This document shows positions 62,108 to 64,000 of a DNA stretch of 64,000 bases, one piece after another. The position numbers and the translations under genes were made by a program. Position 1 is the stretch's first letter. Each line of letters begins with the position of its first letter. Under the pieces are notes generated by a model, which worked only from the letters and a program-made list of their open reading frames with translations, searched no databases and was not told the origin of the DNA. Origin of the DNA: Tubiluchus corallicola (taxonomy: Eukaryota; Animalia; Priapulida); assembly GCA_030141605.1 (NCBI GenBank), contig JAQGDQ010000697.1, positions 1 to 64,000 on the forward strand. The letters run 5' to 3'.

Positions 62108-62749
62108 ATGAGGTCATACGATACACTGCTGCATTTGATTGTTTTCCTGTTCATTAACTGTAAGTAAAAACAAAAAATTATTTCTTAACGTCAGAAATAA
62201 AACTTCTAATCTGTAGTAATGCAAAGATTAACTAACGTTATTTCCTAGTTTCTCAGAAAAAAAATTTATATATATATATGTAATTATGTATTTATTTATA
62301 ATTATGTATCTATGTATGTGTACTTGGTTATATGGTTCTATTTTTGAAATCAATTCATTCATTACGCATACTAGCCGTAGCAGCTAAATCTAAATTTCTT
62401 ATTTTTAAGTTTGTACTTTTTGCAGATGCATGGTGTGAATCACAATATTTTGAACAAGAACCTGAGGATGTTCCTACTCTTCCTGGAGATGACGTTGTGG
62501 TACAATGTGTAGTAAAAAGCGGGGTTCCACAAGGATATCAGTTTTCTTGGTTTCTTAATGAACAGTTCTTTGATCCAGACGCGGATGATAATTATGATTA
62601 TATTGGCGGTCATCCTCCTAGCATTGGAAACTGGAGTATAAGAATTAAAAATGTAAATGTAAATCAACGTGATGGTTCCTATCACTGCCGAGTGTCAGTT
62701 ATTGGTGAAGGATATGAAGATTCTAGCAAAGGAAAAGTAATTGTTGTTG
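62108..62749 (+). CDS. Gene D (5' part): leader exon 62108-62159 and V-like Ig D1 exon 62426-62749; presumably continues beyond the window
   Basis: MRSYDTLLHLIVFLFIN + YAWCESQYFEQEPEDV...C...W...DGSYHC; GTAAGT, TGCAG, GTAAGA splice sites. Confidence 0.87.
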
Positions 62750-63499
62750 GTAAGATTTTTAATTATCTTTTTTCAGTTTTTTAAATCTGTAATTATACAT
62801 TTGACATTAAGCGTCTCTACAAAAAATGTAATTACATTTACATATCACATGTTCAGATTTGATTTCTATGTATTAGAATCTGAGAGTTTGTAAGTTTAAC
62901 AGAAGAAAGATAAAGTACAAATTGTCACAGTTTTGTAACACAGCACCTGCTGCTATGCTTCTACAGTTGATGATAATGTAGGAGCGGCTGTTGCTTTCTG
63001 CTCTACAGTGTGTATTAGCCCTATGTGCTAAAAAATTCAATTTTTAAATTAGATGCTTCATATGTTAATTTTTGACTCTTTCTTTTTTAATTCTTGTGAT
63101 AAAAGTTAAGTGTGAGTAAGGTTTAATGGTTTATTAACCTGGAAAATGAAATTTATTACTAGTTTAGACAAACGTAATTCACTGCGTTAGCAACAGCATG
63201 CCTACTAGTAGTAAATGCTGACAAGACAATGCTGTCACACTGTATATGGGTCACTTATGTGTACAAGTTGTAGAAGATGAGATAAAGTATGAAATGTCAT
63301 AGAGAGTAGTGACACAATAGGTGCCCTGATGCATATTATTTTTTATTTACCATCTATCACACATTATATGATTTGATAATAAAGATTAGTCCAAGGCCAA
63401 GAGTAGAAATGACCAGTTTTTACCCATATAGAGTAAGAGACAGTGACAGAGGCAAACAACTCCACAGTAGTATTGAGTCAATGGAAAGCTGCCATTATT

Positions 63500-63810
63500 A
63501 TGGAGCAGGTCCTGAGTGCTCTTCATTGGCGTTCAGTCCTTATCTATTTAGACAACATCATAGTCTATGGCTGAACTTTTGAGAGTACCTCTCCCTCTTC
63601 CAGGAAGCCTTCGTGCACCTATAAAAAGCTGAGCTTAAATTAAATGCTAAAAAATGTCTTCTCACACAGAAAGAAGTTACTTACCTTTATTACATTGTTT
63701 CTTCTGATAGTGTCAAGACTGATCTTACTAAAACTGAAGCAGTTTATAATTGGCCCCAACATCAAAACTTGAAGCAACTTTCGCAGACTGTGTACTTACT
63801 ATAGGTGCTT
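63500..63810 (+). mobile_element. Gypsy/Ty3 LTR-retrotransposon RT relic in gene D intron 2
   Basis: MEQVLSALHWRSVLIYLDNIIVYG*TFE then LKLNAKKCLLTQKEVTYL..IVS...VYNWP; YLDD decayed to YLDN, with stop and frameshift. Confidence 0.8.
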
Positions 63811-63814
63811 TTTT

Positions 63815-63940
63815 ACATTGCATCACATCACATCACTTTACATCGCATCACTTCACTTCACATCGCATTACATCAAATCACATTGCATCACATCACATCA
63901 TATCACTTCACTTCACATCACATCACACCGCATCATATTA
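63815..63940. repeat. (CACAT)n pentanucleotide microsatellite
   Basis: Degenerate CACAT/CACTT/CGCAT units. Confidence 0.9.
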
Positions 63941-64000
63941 TATTACATAATATTATTTAGTACCTGCCTAGTATTTTCACTACTAGTTCTACTTCCTTTC

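Noticed and set aside
15652-62749. V(D)J-like somatic rearrangement of the V exons
   Set aside because: Each V exon is complete with its own leader and splice sites; I saw no heptamer-12/23-nonamer signals or J-like segments
50134-62749. sDscam/protocadherin-style variable cassettes spliced to one constant region
   Set aside because: B and C each have their own terminal exon and A is on the other strand; cannot be excluded for D, whose 3' end is not visible

Overview
AT-rich animal (probably invertebrate) genomic DNA carrying a cluster of four paralogous, intron-containing immunoglobulin-superfamily (IgSF) cell-surface genes. All four start with a 52-nt leader exon (MRSYDTLL...) and a V-like Ig exon. 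I spliced them by hand from GT-AG sites and reading phase. Gene A (- strand, ATG 16804) is incomplete in the window and has one Ig exon tandemly duplicated. Gene B (+, 23290-42833, 12 exons, 865 aa) has a signal peptide, 7 Ig-like domains, a TM helix and a 4-Tyr tail, and is a recent head-to-head inverted duplicate of A. Gene C (+, 50134-58169/59027, 372 aa) has 3 Ig domains and a GPI-type C-terminus encoded by a duplicated last exon. Gene D (+, from 62108) has only its first two exons in the window. The N-terminal V-like domains differ mainly in three CDR-like loops, while neighbouring introns are better conserved. Membrane-proximal domains are atypical (FCSxP...WxW...CF, no F-strand Cys). 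Skipping a 34-nt exon would give a tail-less isoform of B. Together this looks like a lineage-specific, diversifying recognition-receptor family with signalling, tail-less and GPI forms; function is inference only. The rest is minisatellites, a perfect 101-bp-arm palindrome and decayed transposons (RTE, CR1/L2-like, Gypsy, hAT MITE, Helentron-type elements, probable solo LTRs). Family names come from recalled motifs, not database searches.
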